Source of the DNA: Acidimicrobiia bacterium
GTDB taxonomy: Bacteria; Actinomycetota; Acidimicrobiia; Spongiisociales; ZC4RG35
Direction of reading: 5' to 3'
DNA: 64,000 nucleotides
Assembly (NCBI GenBank): GCA_041747375.1
Contig: JBGTFH010000048.1
Coordinates: forward strand, 240 to 64,239
Shown here: positions 46,967-56,381 of the stretch, piece by piece
How positions within the stretch are numbered: the first letter of the stretch is position 1
Layout: the number at the start of each line of letters is the position of its first letter
Program-made: the position numbers and the translations under genes
The notes under the pieces: generated by a model
Seen by the model: the letters and a program-made list of their open reading frames with translations, nothing else
What the model was told of the DNA's origin: nothing
The model's database searches: none

Positions 46967-47910
46967 TGGGGCAGACTGGAGCCGACCCCGCACCCTATGC
47001 GGTAGTGATCGGTGAGGCGTTGATCGATCTCATCGAAGACAGGCACACCGGCCAGCTGACTCCCGTGCCTGGTGGATCGCCACTGAATGTCGCAGTTGCG
47101 GTGGCCAGGCTCGGTGCGGGCGTCGAATTCGTGACATCGTTCGGGAGGGACGGGTTTGCCGATCGCCTCCAATCCTTTCTCCGGGAGAATGGCACCGGGA
47201 CGACGGCTTCCGTGACAAACGACGTGCTTACGTCGTTTGCCCTCACCACCTTCGTTGGACCCAATCCCAGCTACGCCTTCTATGGCCACCCCCACTCCTA
47301 CGGGCTGTTTGGCCCGTCCGACCTCGACGGAGATTTGGTCGACGGTGCCAGTGTCGTTCACGCCGGTTCGATTGGGCTTCTCGAGCCGTCCATGTACGCC
47401 GCAGCATTGAATGCATTCGAACGGACCGGGGCGTTGAAGACCCTCGACCCCAATGTCCGCGAGTCGTTGATCGCCGACATCGCCCCCTACCGCGAGAAGA
47501 TGGAGTCTCTCTTCGCGTTGGTCGATGTGGTGAAGATGAGCATCGAGGACGCACAGGTGTTGTATGAGAGACCGGTCGACGAGATCCTCTCCCACGTCGC
47601 AGATTTTGGTGCGAGTGTTGTCGTCGTCACGGACGGGCCGCGGGGCGCTCGAGCATTTGTCGATGGAGCGTTGATTCTCGTCCCCGGCCGGACGGTCAAT
47701 GCCATCGACACGACTGGTGCCGGCGACGCCTTTATGGGAGCGATCGTTGCCGAGATCGTGCGAACCGGGAGGCCGGATACACCGGGGCGCTGGGCTGACA
47801 TTCTGTCATTTGCCGTCGAGGTGTCGGCGTGTACCTGTTGCTCGATCGGCGGCGCTACGGCTATGCCGACTCGTGACGAAGTGGCTGCCCGTTTCAACCC
47901 TCCCGGGTAA
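46966..47910 (+). CDS. PfkB family carbohydrate kinase (fructokinase-like)
   Basis: IGEALID, GGSPLNVA, DPNVR, DTTGAGDAF. Confidence 0.92.
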   Translation: MGQTGADPAPYAVVIGEALIDLIEDRHTGQLTPVPGGSPLNVAVAVARLGAGVEFVTSFGRDGFADRLQSFLRENGTGTTASVTNDVLTSFALTTFVGPNPSYAFYGHPHSYGLFGPSDLDGDLVDGASVVHAGSIGLLEPSMYAAALNAFERTGALKTLDPNVRESLIADIAPYREKMESLFALVDVVKMSIEDAQVLYERPVDEILSHVADFGASVVVVTDGPRGARAFVDGALILVPGRTVNAIDTTGAGDAFMGAIVAEIVRTGRPDTPGRWADILSFAVEVSACTCCSIGGATAMPTRDEVAARFNPPG

Positions 47911-48838
47911 GGGCCAGCGCGGTGTGGTAATCGGTGACGAGTGAGTCGATCATCCCGCTCTTCAGTGCACCTCTTATCGCATCCAGCTTGCCCGTTCCTC
48001 CCGCGACTCCGACGACTTGGGGTACCGCCTTCAATTCTTCAGCGGTGATCGCAATCGTCCGACCGGCCAGTGGGCCGCTCACCGGTTTGCCGTCGCCGTC
48101 CACCAGGTTGGCGCATACGTCTGAGACGGCCCCGATCTCGAGAAGGTGGCTCCGAACATCGGGCTCGACCAGGCCGAACAGGGACGAATCCGGAGGGTCC
48201 CATGAGCCAATGCCGACAAATGCCTTCGTCACCCTGGCAAACATGGAGATCGTGTCGGAAGCTGCGGGGTCTCGTTTCAGCTGGTTGGCGAGTTCGGCGT
48301 CGCCTGTCACCAGGGGGGCATGGAGAGGGTAGACCCTCCCACCGCCCAGCTCACCCAATCGTCTCACCAGGTCAACGGAGTTGGTACCAGGATCGATGTT
48401 GGGCATTCCCCCTACCAGCTGAACAACTTCACAGCGGGGCATGGTCTTCATGGCTGCGGCCATGGCGTCGAGCGACCGGCCCCAAGCCACCCCGACGACA
48501 TCGGCCTCAGAAACGATGCCGGTGAAGACCTCGGCGGCAAGAGCGCCCAGGGCCTCCAGCAGACCGGAGCCTTTGTCGGAAACAGCCCTGTCCAGAACAT
48601 AAGTCCTGGCGAGTCCGCTCTTCTCTTGCAATGCGGAACTCATGTCGACGTCGATTCCCGATGGCATATTGATGTTTATCTCGACGATTCCGGTATCCCT
48701 GGCGTAAGAAAGCAACCGGGCGACCTTGAAACGAGAGATGCCGAGAGATTGCCCTATCTCAATCTGGCTGAGGCCATCGACAAAAAACCTCTTCGCCACA
48801 AGCGCCGCCTGGAAATCATTGAATGATGTATCGGGCAT
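47894..48838 (-). CDS. SorC/DeoR/LsrR-type sugar-phosphate-binding regulator
   Basis: SQIEIGQSLGISRFKVARLL HTH, GVAWGRS, FVGIG, GVAGG..K. Confidence 0.92.
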   Translation of the reverse strand: MPDTSFNDFQAALVAKRFFVDGLSQIEIGQSLGISRFKVARLLSYARDTGIVEININMPSGIDVDMSSALQEKSGLARTYVLDRAVSDKGSGLLEALGALAAEVFTGIVSEADVVGVAWGRSLDAMAAAMKTMPRCEVVQLVGGMPNIDPGTNSVDLVRRLGELGGGRVYPLHAPLVTGDAELANQLKRDPAASDTISMFARVTKAFVGIGSWDPPDSSLFGLVEPDVRSHLLEIGAVSDVCANLVDGDGKPVSGPLAGRTIAITAEELKAVPQVVGVAGGTGKLDAIRGALKSGMIDSLVTDYHTALALTREG

Positions 48839-48858
48839 GGTCACTTCCAATTCTGGCC

Positions 48859-48940
48859 TTGACAGCAGGGCAGGCGTCAGTTTACGGTGCCTCAAGACTC
48901 GTAAGAGCATTTATGCGCTCAAATGAGCGTAGTGAGCATA
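48859..48940 (+). promoter_or_regulatory. Promoter TTGACA-18-TACGGT with palindrome CGCTCA-aa-TGAGCG and extra GAGCA half-sites (probable SorC-family operator)
   Basis: Palindrome at 48916-48929; GAGCA at 48905 and 48934; lies between the divergent regulator and the E1 gene. Confidence 0.6.
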
Positions 48941-48963
48941 ACTGAGGAATCTCTGGAGATAAA

Positions 48964-51357
48964 ATGCCGAAAAGCACTGTGGTCCACCCTGACGAGATCA
49001 GGCGTCCCGACCGGTTGGATTTCCGGCCAATCCCCGTGAATCGGCCCGCACCCGACCCCGGTGTCGTGGCGGGTGAGATCGGGGCTGACGCAGTGGTCCG
49101 GTTGTTGCGCGACATGCACCTGATTCGCCACTTCGAAAATGCTCTCGACGGGGTTAAGCGGTTCGGCAGATTCGGAGATGTCGAATATTGGTACAAGGGT
49201 CCGGCGCATCTCGCCATCGGCCAGGAGGCCGCTGCGGTTGGTCAGGCGCTCTCATTGAGCCCGTCCGATCACGTGTTCGGCAGTCATCGCAGCCACGGGG
49301 AGTTCATCGCCAAGGGTCTGGCCGCTATGGAGAAAATGGACGATGCATCGCTCGACTCGATGATGCGGGGCCATGCCGACGGGCGGTTGACAACCCTGCT
49401 CGAGCACAACCTCGGGTCGGTCGACACCAGGACGAGGGGAGTCCAGTTCTTGCTCTACGGACTGCTTGCGGAGATATTCGGCCGCAGCAACGGTTTCAAC
49501 CGCGGGATGGGCGGGAGCATGCATGCCTTTTTCCCACCGTTCGGCATCTATCCGAACAACGCCATTGTCGGCGCCTCGGCTCCCATCGCCGCCGGTGCTG
49601 CGCTCTACAAGAGAGTGCAACAGGAACCCGGGCTCGTGGTTGCGAACATAGGAGACGCCGCTGCGGGTTGTGGCCCGGTATGGGAGGCAATGAACTTCTC
49701 GGCTATGGGCCAATTGCACTCCCTCTGGCCAGAGGACGTCGCCGGTGGTTTGCCGGTTGTCTTTTTCTTCATGAACAATTTCTACGGGATGGGCGGGCAG
49801 ACGATCGGCGAGACGATGGCCTTCGATCGCCTCGCCCGGATTGGCGCCGGTGTCAATTCGGACGGCCTTCACTCAGAAACCATCGATGGGAACAATCCCC
49901 TGGCGGTACACCGGTCGATGGAGAGGGCCACAGCAATTATCCGGGAGGGACGGGGCCCGGTGTTGATCGACTGCCAGACGTATCGACAGTCCGGCCATTC
50001 TCCCAGCGACGCCTCGTCATATCGAAGTCGCGAGGAACTCGAGCTCTGGAAGTCGGTCGATCCGATCTCGGAGTACGGGAGGCTGTTGGTCGACCACGGA
50101 CTGATCGACGGCGACGACGAGCAGCGGTTGAGTGGCTGGGCGCGCGATCGTGTTGTCGAAGCCCTGCGCCTCGCCCATGATCCTGCCCTCACGCCTCCCC
50201 TGCGGATGGAAGAGTTCGAAGGCGTGGTGTGGGCCGACACATCGATCGACCTCGCACTGGCGCCTCCCGGGAGGGTCATAGCACCGCTGGAAGAATCCCC
50301 ACGAGTCCAGCAGATTGCCGACAGGGCTCGTTCCGGACTCGAAGGCGGAGAGGTGCTCCCGCCGTCCCGTGCGGTGCAGTTCCGCGACGCTCTATTCGAG
50401 GCGATCGCCCATCATGCGGTGCACGACGACCGGCTGATCATCTACGGCGAGGAGAACCGGGACTGGGGTGGCGCTTTTGGTGTGTATCGGGGCTTGACGG
50501 AGATACTGCCCTACCACCGGTTGTTCAATGCGCCGATCTCTGAGGCCACGATTGTGAGCAGTGCCGTGGGCTACGCCCTCGAGGGGGGCCGGGCCCTGGT
50601 CGAATTGATGTACGCCGATTTCATGGGCCGTGCCGGGGATGAGATATTCAACCAGTTAGCCAAGTGGAGGTCGATGTCGGGTGGGACGGTCGAGTTGCCG
50701 GTGGTCCTTCGTATCTCAGTGGGAAACACATACGGGGCACAGCATTCCCAGGAGTGGACAGCGCTCGCTTCACACATACCCGGCCTCAAGGTGGTCTTTC
50801 CGGCCACCCCGTATGACGCCAAAGGATTGATGGCCTCCGCATTGTCGGGCAACGACCCTGTTGTCTTTTTCGAGAGCCAGGCCTTGTACGGCCAGACGGA
50901 GATCTACCAGGAGAACGGTGTTCCTGAGCATTACTACCGGGTCCCCATCGGTGTTCCCAAGATCGTTCGAATCGGGAGAGACGTGACCATTCTCTCTGTG
51001 GGCGGCACTCTGTACCGGGCGATGAATGCCGCCGAAATCCTCGCCGGAGACCACGGGATCGAAGCCGAAGTCATCGACGCCCGAAGCCTGGTGCCATTCG
51101 AATACGAGCTCCTGGTCAAATCGGTGGAGAAAACCGGTCGTCTTCTCTGCACCTCGGATGCCGTAGAGCGGGGCAGTATTCTCGCCACACTCGCCGCCAA
51201 CGTTCAAATGGAGGCATTCGAAAGTCTCTTGGCTCCGGTGGTCATCGCGGGAACTCCCAACACCATCGTTCCCCCTGCCGAAATGGTTGGCCAATTCTTC
51301 CCGAGCCCGGAACGGATGGTTGACGTGATACTTCGACAGTTGTTCGGGCGGAGCTGA
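48964..51357 (+). CDS. Fused E1 alpha+beta ThDP-dependent dehydrogenase (2-oxoacid/acetoin dehydrogenase superfamily)
   Basis: HLAIGQEA, SHRSHG, GMGGSMH, GDAA...NN, TYRQSGHS in the alpha part; PISEA, ELMYADF, AQHSQ in the beta part. Confidence 0.92.
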   Translation: MPKSTVVHPDEIRRPDRLDFRPIPVNRPAPDPGVVAGEIGADAVVRLLRDMHLIRHFENALDGVKRFGRFGDVEYWYKGPAHLAIGQEAAAVGQALSLSPSDHVFGSHRSHGEFIAKGLAAMEKMDDASLDSMMRGHADGRLTTLLEHNLGSVDTRTRGVQFLLYGLLAEIFGRSNGFNRGMGGSMHAFFPPFGIYPNNAIVGASAPIAAGAALYKRVQQEPGLVVANIGDAAAGCGPVWEAMNFSAMGQLHSLWPEDVAGGLPVVFFFMNNFYGMGGQTIGETMAFDRLARIGAGVNSDGLHSETIDGNNPLAVHRSMERATAIIREGRGPVLIDCQTYRQSGHSPSDASSYRSREELELWKSVDPISEYGRLLVDHGLIDGDDEQRLSGWARDRVVEALRLAHDPALTPPLRMEEFEGVVWADTSIDLALAPPGRVIAPLEESPRVQQIADRARSGLEGGEVLPPSRAVQFRDALFEAIAHHAVHDDRLIIYGEENRDWGGAFGVYRGLTEILPYHRLFNAPISEATIVSSAVGYALEGGRALVELMYADFMGRAGDEIFNQLAKWRSMSGGTVELPVVLRISVGNTYGAQHSQEWTALASHIPGLKVVFPATPYDAKGLMASALSGNDPVVFFESQALYGQTEIYQENGVPEHYYRVPIGVPKIVRIGRDVTILSVGGTLYRAMNAAEILAGDHGIEAEVIDARSLVPFEYELLVKSVEKTGRLLCTSDAVERGSILATLAANVQMEAFESLLAPVVIAGTPNTIVPPAEMVGQFFPSPERMVDVILRQLFGRS

Positions 51358-51528
51358 CTAAAGCCCTGCAGCCTCGCGCAAGTTGGTTTCCCTTCGCACT
51401 TTTTGTGAAGTGGCGGTTGTCTGCACCATTTTGAACGACACGTTCCCGCAACTCTCGCAGACTGTGCGACGGACCCCGGCCGAGGTCACCACCAGCGTGT
51501 GCTGGTGATCGCATTCGCCAGTGAACAT
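51358..51528 (-). CDS. Small CxH...CxxC (zinc-ribbon-like) protein
   Basis: MFTGECDHQH...RTVCESCGNVSF; fills the gap between convergent neighbours. Confidence 0.55.
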   Translation of the reverse strand: MFTGECDHQHTLVVTSAGVRRTVCESCGNVSFKMVQTTATSQKVRRETNLREAAGL

Positions 51529-51683
51529 ATTTCGATTCCGTCGCAACCGTGGCTCCTTGGAAGGCTTGCTCACAGTTTTATCGCTCGAAGGTCGATTTCG
51601 TCGGCATTTTCCCCCATTTTTCTCACGGAGAGTAACCATACCTCACAGGGTTCCCCTCGGCGACATTAGCGAGATTCAGAAAA

Positions 51684-52463
51684 TCAGGCCATCCGCTCCA
51701 GCACGACAAAGACGCCGGGCGAGGTGGCGTCGATGATCAGATCAGGTTGTTCCATCAAACTGGCTGCGAGTGATTGCACCGAAGGTGTCCGCGGTTCACG
51801 GCCATCACGGAGCACCAGGCGGCCGCCGGGCTTGACGCCTGGCCACCACCTGTCGAACAACCTCTTCTCCCGATGGTCAGGCAGGGCAATGTCGACGAAA
51901 ACCAGGTCGTACGAGCCCTGGCCTACCGGATAGGTTTCGGCGTCCGCTACCACCACCTCGACCCGGTCACTCAGATCGGCCGAGTCGAGGGCGGTGCGGA
52001 GGGCATCGTCGTAAGAGACCTCCGACTTGCCGCCTACGCGCTCGTGCATGGCCTCCAATTTCCCGTTCTCCAGCGACAGAACCTTCGCCCCGGCAGCTGC
52101 CATCAGAAACGTGGTGCCGCCTTTGGCCCGGCCCAACTCGGCTACGTCGGGGCTTCCCAACTGCTGGATCGTGTCGTAGAGCCAAACTGCTTCTTCCAGC
52201 ATGAGAAGCGCCAGGCCGCGGTTGGCATAGTTCGACGACAGCAGCCAGGTGAGATCTTCGAAGTTCTCCGGTTTCGCCCTTTGCGGCATCTCGAGGTCGA
52301 TTCTCTGGTCATTGTGCATCTGGAGTGTGCCCAGCCGATGCAGGATCAGATCACGTGCTTGCTCATCTTCGAGGACCTCGTCGAGGATCTTGCGTAGCCT
52401 CGGATTGTTGCCGGCTCTAGTGACAAATGATGAAACGACGGAGCCGAGTTTCGTTTGTGACAT
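51684..52463 (-). CDS. Class I SAM-dependent methyltransferase (Methyltransf_24-like)
   Basis: AELGRAKGGTT, YDLVFVD, VKPGGRLVLRD. Confidence 0.8.
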   Translation of the reverse strand: MSQTKLGSVVSSFVTRAGNNPRLRKILDEVLEDEQARDLILHRLGTLQMHNDQRIDLEMPQRAKPENFEDLTWLLSSNYANRGLALLMLEEAVWLYDTIQQLGSPDVAELGRAKGGTTFLMAAAGAKVLSLENGKLEAMHERVGGKSEVSYDDALRTALDSADLSDRVEVVVADAETYPVGQGSYDLVFVDIALPDHREKRLFDRWWPGVKPGGRLVLRDGREPRTPSVQSLAASLMEQPDLIIDATSPGVFVVLERMA

Positions 52464-52622
52464 GGTTTGCGATACCCGTTGGATGGTTGGGCCAAACCAC
52501 TTTGTAGCAGGCTGGTTTCAACCAATCGGGGAATATGGAATTCGATCCCCGTCGATGTCGAAAGAGCTTTCGTTCCGGGTGAGAAAGGGTGAAAAGCCCC
52601 CCAGCGGGATAACGTGTCTGTG

Positions 52623-54068
52623 GTGAGTCAGACACTTGCCCGCATTCTCGTCTTCTTCACCTCGGCGGCGATCCTCGTAATCGAGATCCTCGCCGGGCGT
52701 CTGCTTGCCCCGTATGTCGGGGTCAGCCTGGAAGTTTTTACAGCGATAATCGGTGTCATCCTGGCGGGGATTTCGCTTGGGGCGTGGCTTGGGGGCAAGG
52801 TCGCCGACCGGGTCGACCCAACGCTCCTCCCGGGTCCCCTGCTCGTTGCAGGGGGCGTTCTGGCGCTGGTCAGCCCGCTCGTCGTTCAGCTGGTGGGACC
52901 GGCTGCCGGTGGTTCGCCGGGGTCGATTGTGGTCGTAACGGCGCTCGCCTTCTTCGCACCGGCGGCTGTTCTGGCTGCAGTCACACCTGTGGTCGTGAAA
53001 ATCAGGCTCACCACCCTGGCGGAGACCGGCTCGGTCGTGGGCGGTTATTCGGCCATCGGCACCGCCGGAGCAATTGTCGGTACCTTTGTCACCGGGTTTT
53101 TCCTCATAGCCTCGTTCCCAACCCGGCCCATTGTCGCCGGTGTCGGCGTCCTCTTGATCGTTGGAGGTTCGGTGTTGATTGTCTCGCGAAGCCGTTGGGT
53201 CATGGTGGCAGTAGCGGCGATCGGATGCCTGTCAGCATTCGTGGTCGCATCGAGCAATGGACCTTGCCTCTACGAGACGACCTATCACTGTGCCGATGTA
53301 CTCGCCGACGAAGCCCGGCCGTCGGGGAGGATTCTGGTCCTCGACCGTGGGCACAACAGCTACGTCGACCTGGAGGATCCCACCTACCTGGATTTCCGGT
53401 ACACGAACGTAATGGCTGACGTGATCGACGTCGACCTTGCGGAGGGGCCTCTCGATGTACTCTCCATCGGCGGTGGTGGTTTTACTTTTCCGCACTACCT
53501 CGACGCCACCAGGCCCGGGACTAGCCACACGGTTCTCGAGATCGACAGTGATTTGGAAACGATCGCCCAAACCCACCTCGGGTTCACCGACCAGGCAGAT
53601 GTGGTGGCCGGCGACGCCCGGGCCACTATCGCAGACATCCCGGACGACTCAGTCGACCTTGTCATCGGAGACGCTTTCAGCGGTTACACCGTTCCCTGGC
53701 ACCTGACCACGGTCGAGTTCAATGAGATCGTCAACTCCAAGTTGCGCTCTGACGGGATCTATGTGATCAACGTGATCGATGAAGGCGGTCTGGAATTTGC
53801 CAGGGCAGCGGCGAACACGTTTCGAGGTGTTTTCGAACATGTAGCGGTGATAGCTCCTCCGGAGTATCTCGCCGGCCTCGACGGGGGCAACTTTGTGATC
53901 GTCGGATCGCAGGCGGGACTGGAAATCAACGCGATACTCGACCGGATTCGGAGTCGTGGTGGGATCGAGAATGCGATCGAGGGGGCTCAGCTGGAAGACT
54001 TCATCGGTACAGCGCCAATTCTCCGGGACGACTTCGCCCCCGTCGATCAGATGATCGACAGCGGTTGA
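52623..54068 (+). CDS. Fused MFS / spermidine-synthase-like protein
   Basis: EILAGRLLAPYVG TM block, SIGGGGFTFP, LEID, GDAR, GDAFS..VPWHLTTVEF. Confidence 0.9.
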   Translation: MSQTLARILVFFTSAAILVIEILAGRLLAPYVGVSLEVFTAIIGVILAGISLGAWLGGKVADRVDPTLLPGPLLVAGGVLALVSPLVVQLVGPAAGGSPGSIVVVTALAFFAPAAVLAAVTPVVVKIRLTTLAETGSVVGGYSAIGTAGAIVGTFVTGFFLIASFPTRPIVAGVGVLLIVGGSVLIVSRSRWVMVAVAAIGCLSAFVVASSNGPCLYETTYHCADVLADEARPSGRILVLDRGHNSYVDLEDPTYLDFRYTNVMADVIDVDLAEGPLDVLSIGGGGFTFPHYLDATRPGTSHTVLEIDSDLETIAQTHLGFTDQADVVAGDARATIADIPDDSVDLVIGDAFSGYTVPWHLTTVEFNEIVNSKLRSDGIYVINVIDEGGLEFARAAANTFRGVFEHVAVIAPPEYLAGLDGGNFVIVGSQAGLEINAILDRIRSRGGIENAIEGAQLEDFIGTAPILRDDFAPVDQMIDSG

Positions 54069-54085
54069 TCAATTAGGGTCGTTTC

Positions 54086-54469
54086 ATGGACAAAGCATCA
54101 GTCGACAATATTTCCTGGACCCCGGCTCCTGCGGAGCATTTCACCGGGGACGTCTGGTTCGGAGAGATGGCCACACCCGCCGACCCGGATGGCCTCAACG
54201 TGCTTGGTGTCCAGTTTGCCCCAGGGTCACGCACCGACTGGCACTCCCATCCCGGCGGGCAGGTGCTCTACGTGGTTGCGGGGAGCGGTGTTGTTGCCAA
54301 CAAAGCGGGCGAACGGGTGTCGGTGGCCGCAGGTGACACGGTCGATACCCCACCAGACGAACTTCACTGGCATGGGGCGAAAAGGGACTCTCCGATGCTC
54401 CATCTGTCCATCACGCACGGTGGAGCGACCGTGTGGTCTGACGAGAAGGTCGGAGATTCCGACTACTAG
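54086..54469 (+). CDS. Cupin domain protein
   Basis: FTGDVW, RTDWHSHPGGQVL, HWHGA. Confidence 0.9.
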   Translation: MDKASVDNISWTPAPAEHFTGDVWFGEMATPADPDGLNVLGVQFAPGSRTDWHSHPGGQVLYVVAGSGVVANKAGERVSVAAGDTVDTPPDELHWHGAKRDSPMLHLSITHGGATVWSDEKVGDSDY

Positions 54470-54490
54470 CCGCGGAGGCCGGACGCTACG

Positions 54491-55321
54491 CTAGGTTCGG
54501 CCCGACGGGATTCGATAGGCCCATTGGACGATATCGGTCACACGATCTGGTATCGAACCTACGGTGGCGTCATCTGTGGGACGCAATCGGATCGGTCCGT
54601 CGGAGCGGAGGAGCCTGTTTCCGGTGAAAGCCTGTGACGGCACGAGATTGTTGATATCGACGTCCACCATTTCCCGTCCGAGGACTTCGGCACCCACCCG
54701 TAACGGAGAGTTGCTGAGCTTCTCGAAGCTGATCCTGACCCGATGCTCCCGCGGATGGGTCAGATAGACCATCCAGGACAACACTGCGACGGCGCTCAGA
54801 TATACGTTGAGCCGGAACCATCCTTTGTCGCCGGTGCTCCGGAACGAGCGGGCCACCGAACTCGGCTTCCTCGCGATGAAGATCAACCTGACATTTTCCT
54901 TGCCGAATAGACGTCGCAGTGTTCGCGCCCGACGCGGATAGTGGGAGCTGTCAACGACTGATTCACAGCCGGTTTCGTCCCTGACGGCGAGAACGACCGA
55001 TTTCGTCAATTCTTCGTATCTTCGTCTCGACAGTTTTCCTGACCGGGAGCGGATCAATCCTCCGGGGTGCTCATACAACTTCTTGTACTCGATCGCCTCG
55101 TCTGGAATAGGGTCGACCCGGGCCAGGACCCGCGACCAGACCCCAATACTCTGCGGAACGGTTGTCTCGCCCTTCCGTTCGGGCCAATCACACAACTCGC
55201 CGGCGAAGAACGTCCCTTCTGTCTGGTCGAGCAGCACTCCGAGGATGGTGCTTCCGGATCGGCTCGCCCCCATGATGTAGATAATGCCGGGGCGATTGCC
55301 CGAGTTTCGAAGATCGCCCAT
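54491..55321 (-). CDS. Sulfotransferase
   Basis: 5'-PSB loop YIMGASRSGSTIL, VDSS, 3'-PB motif ARKP..VARS, FEKL. Confidence 0.85.
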   Translation of the reverse strand: MGDLRNSGNRPGIIYIMGASRSGSTILGVLLDQTEGTFFAGELCDWPERKGETTVPQSIGVWSRVLARVDPIPDEAIEYKKLYEHPGGLIRSRSGKLSRRRYEELTKSVVLAVRDETGCESVVDSSHYPRRARTLRRLFGKENVRLIFIARKPSSVARSFRSTGDKGWFRLNVYLSAVAVLSWMVYLTHPREHRVRISFEKLSNSPLRVGAEVLGREMVDVDINNLVPSQAFTGNRLLRSDGPIRLRPTDDATVGSIPDRVTDIVQWAYRIPSGRT

Positions 55322-55325
55322 AGCG

Positions 55326-56381
55326 TCAGCGCCGTTCCATGAGCTCGCGCAGTTCCTCCGATTGTGTAGATGCGGAATCACCGTTGGCTCCGGCGCGACG
55401 TGCCCCAACGAGTCCTTCCTCGATGAGGTCGATGTGCCTTCCCTGTGACCGTCTCTTGTCGAGCCACCATGCGAGAGGGATGACTATCCCCATAGCGAGG
55501 ACCAGCCCCAGCGCGCCGGCCAGGGCGGACCGCTGCAAGCGGTCCGTGTCATCGACGAATTGTTCTATGTCGCGTGTTCCAATGAGGTTGCTCGGGGCGT
55601 TGGTAACGCCGTATTCGAACTGAGCCTCATCGAAGTCGGCGCGGGCCTGTTCCGCCTCGTTACGAGCGGACTCGACCGAAGTTGCCAGGGCCCGATACGT
55701 CAGTAGCGACTCCCCCATGGAGGGTCGTAGCCCGATGAGGCGGTCTTGCTCCCGAATCAGGGCGTCGATGTTTTCCTGGTCGGCCCCGTCCAGCCGAGCC
55801 GAGGTGATTTGCCCGCCCAATCTCGCTATTTCGTCGAGAAGGAGCCGGTATTCGACTTCCGGGTCGAATACGTCATTTTCTTCAGTGAAGTCGGCGAATT
55901 CTGTCTCGGCGACAGCCAACCGCTCAGAAGCCTGGTCGAGCAGGAACTGAGTGCGGTCTGTTTCCGACCTGGCGGCATCGTCGAGCAATCGCACCGCGAG
56001 AGTTTCGACGGTGTCGCGAGCGACAGACTCGGTCTCACTGACAAAGGAGAGCGAGACCCAGGAAGTCGCCCCCTGTCGCACCACGCTCAGATCCCGGGGG
56101 TAGGTAGCAGGGTCGAGGTCGGGGATCCGGTCGAGCACGAAGGCAGCGACGGCGTCTGACTCAGCCTGCAGTGCGATATCGCTGACGAAGAGGTTGATGG
56201 CGGCGGCCGAGTCCTGTGCGGTGCTCGGCGGCCTTATGGTCACCGATGCCTCGAACAATGTCGGCGGCTGCGGAGCGAGTTGGAAGGCGACCACTGCCGC
56301 CGCTATTGCGATTGACAGTGGGGCGAGCCAGATCAAGCCAAAGCGGCCCACCCGCCAACCCGGCTGCAAGGTATCGGTCAC
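55326..56381 (-). CDS. Wzz/polysaccharide co-polymerase-like protein
   Basis: N- and C-terminal TM helices around a coiled-coil extracellular domain; EPS-cluster context. Confidence 0.65.
   Translation of the reverse strand: MTDTLQPGWRVGRFGLIWLAPLSIAIAAAVVAFQLAPQPPTLFEASVTIRPPSTAQDSAAAINLFVSDIALQAESDAVAAFVLDRIPDLDPATYPRDLSVVRQGATSWVSLSFVSETESVARDTVETLAVRLLDDAARSETDRTQFLLDQASERLAVAETEFADFTEENDVFDPEVEYRLLLDEIARLGGQITSARLDGADQENIDALIREQDRLIGLRPSMGESLLTYRALATSVESARNEAEQARADFDEAQFEYGVTNAPSNLIGTRDIEQFVDDTDRLQRSALAGALGLVLAMGIVIPLAWWLDKRRSQGRHIDLIEEGLVGARRAGANGDSASTQSEELRELMERR

Noticed and set aside
51515-51537. SOS-box-like GAACATATTTCG at the start of the small zinc-ribbon ORF
   Set aside because: It does not fit GAAC-N4-GTTC spacing.
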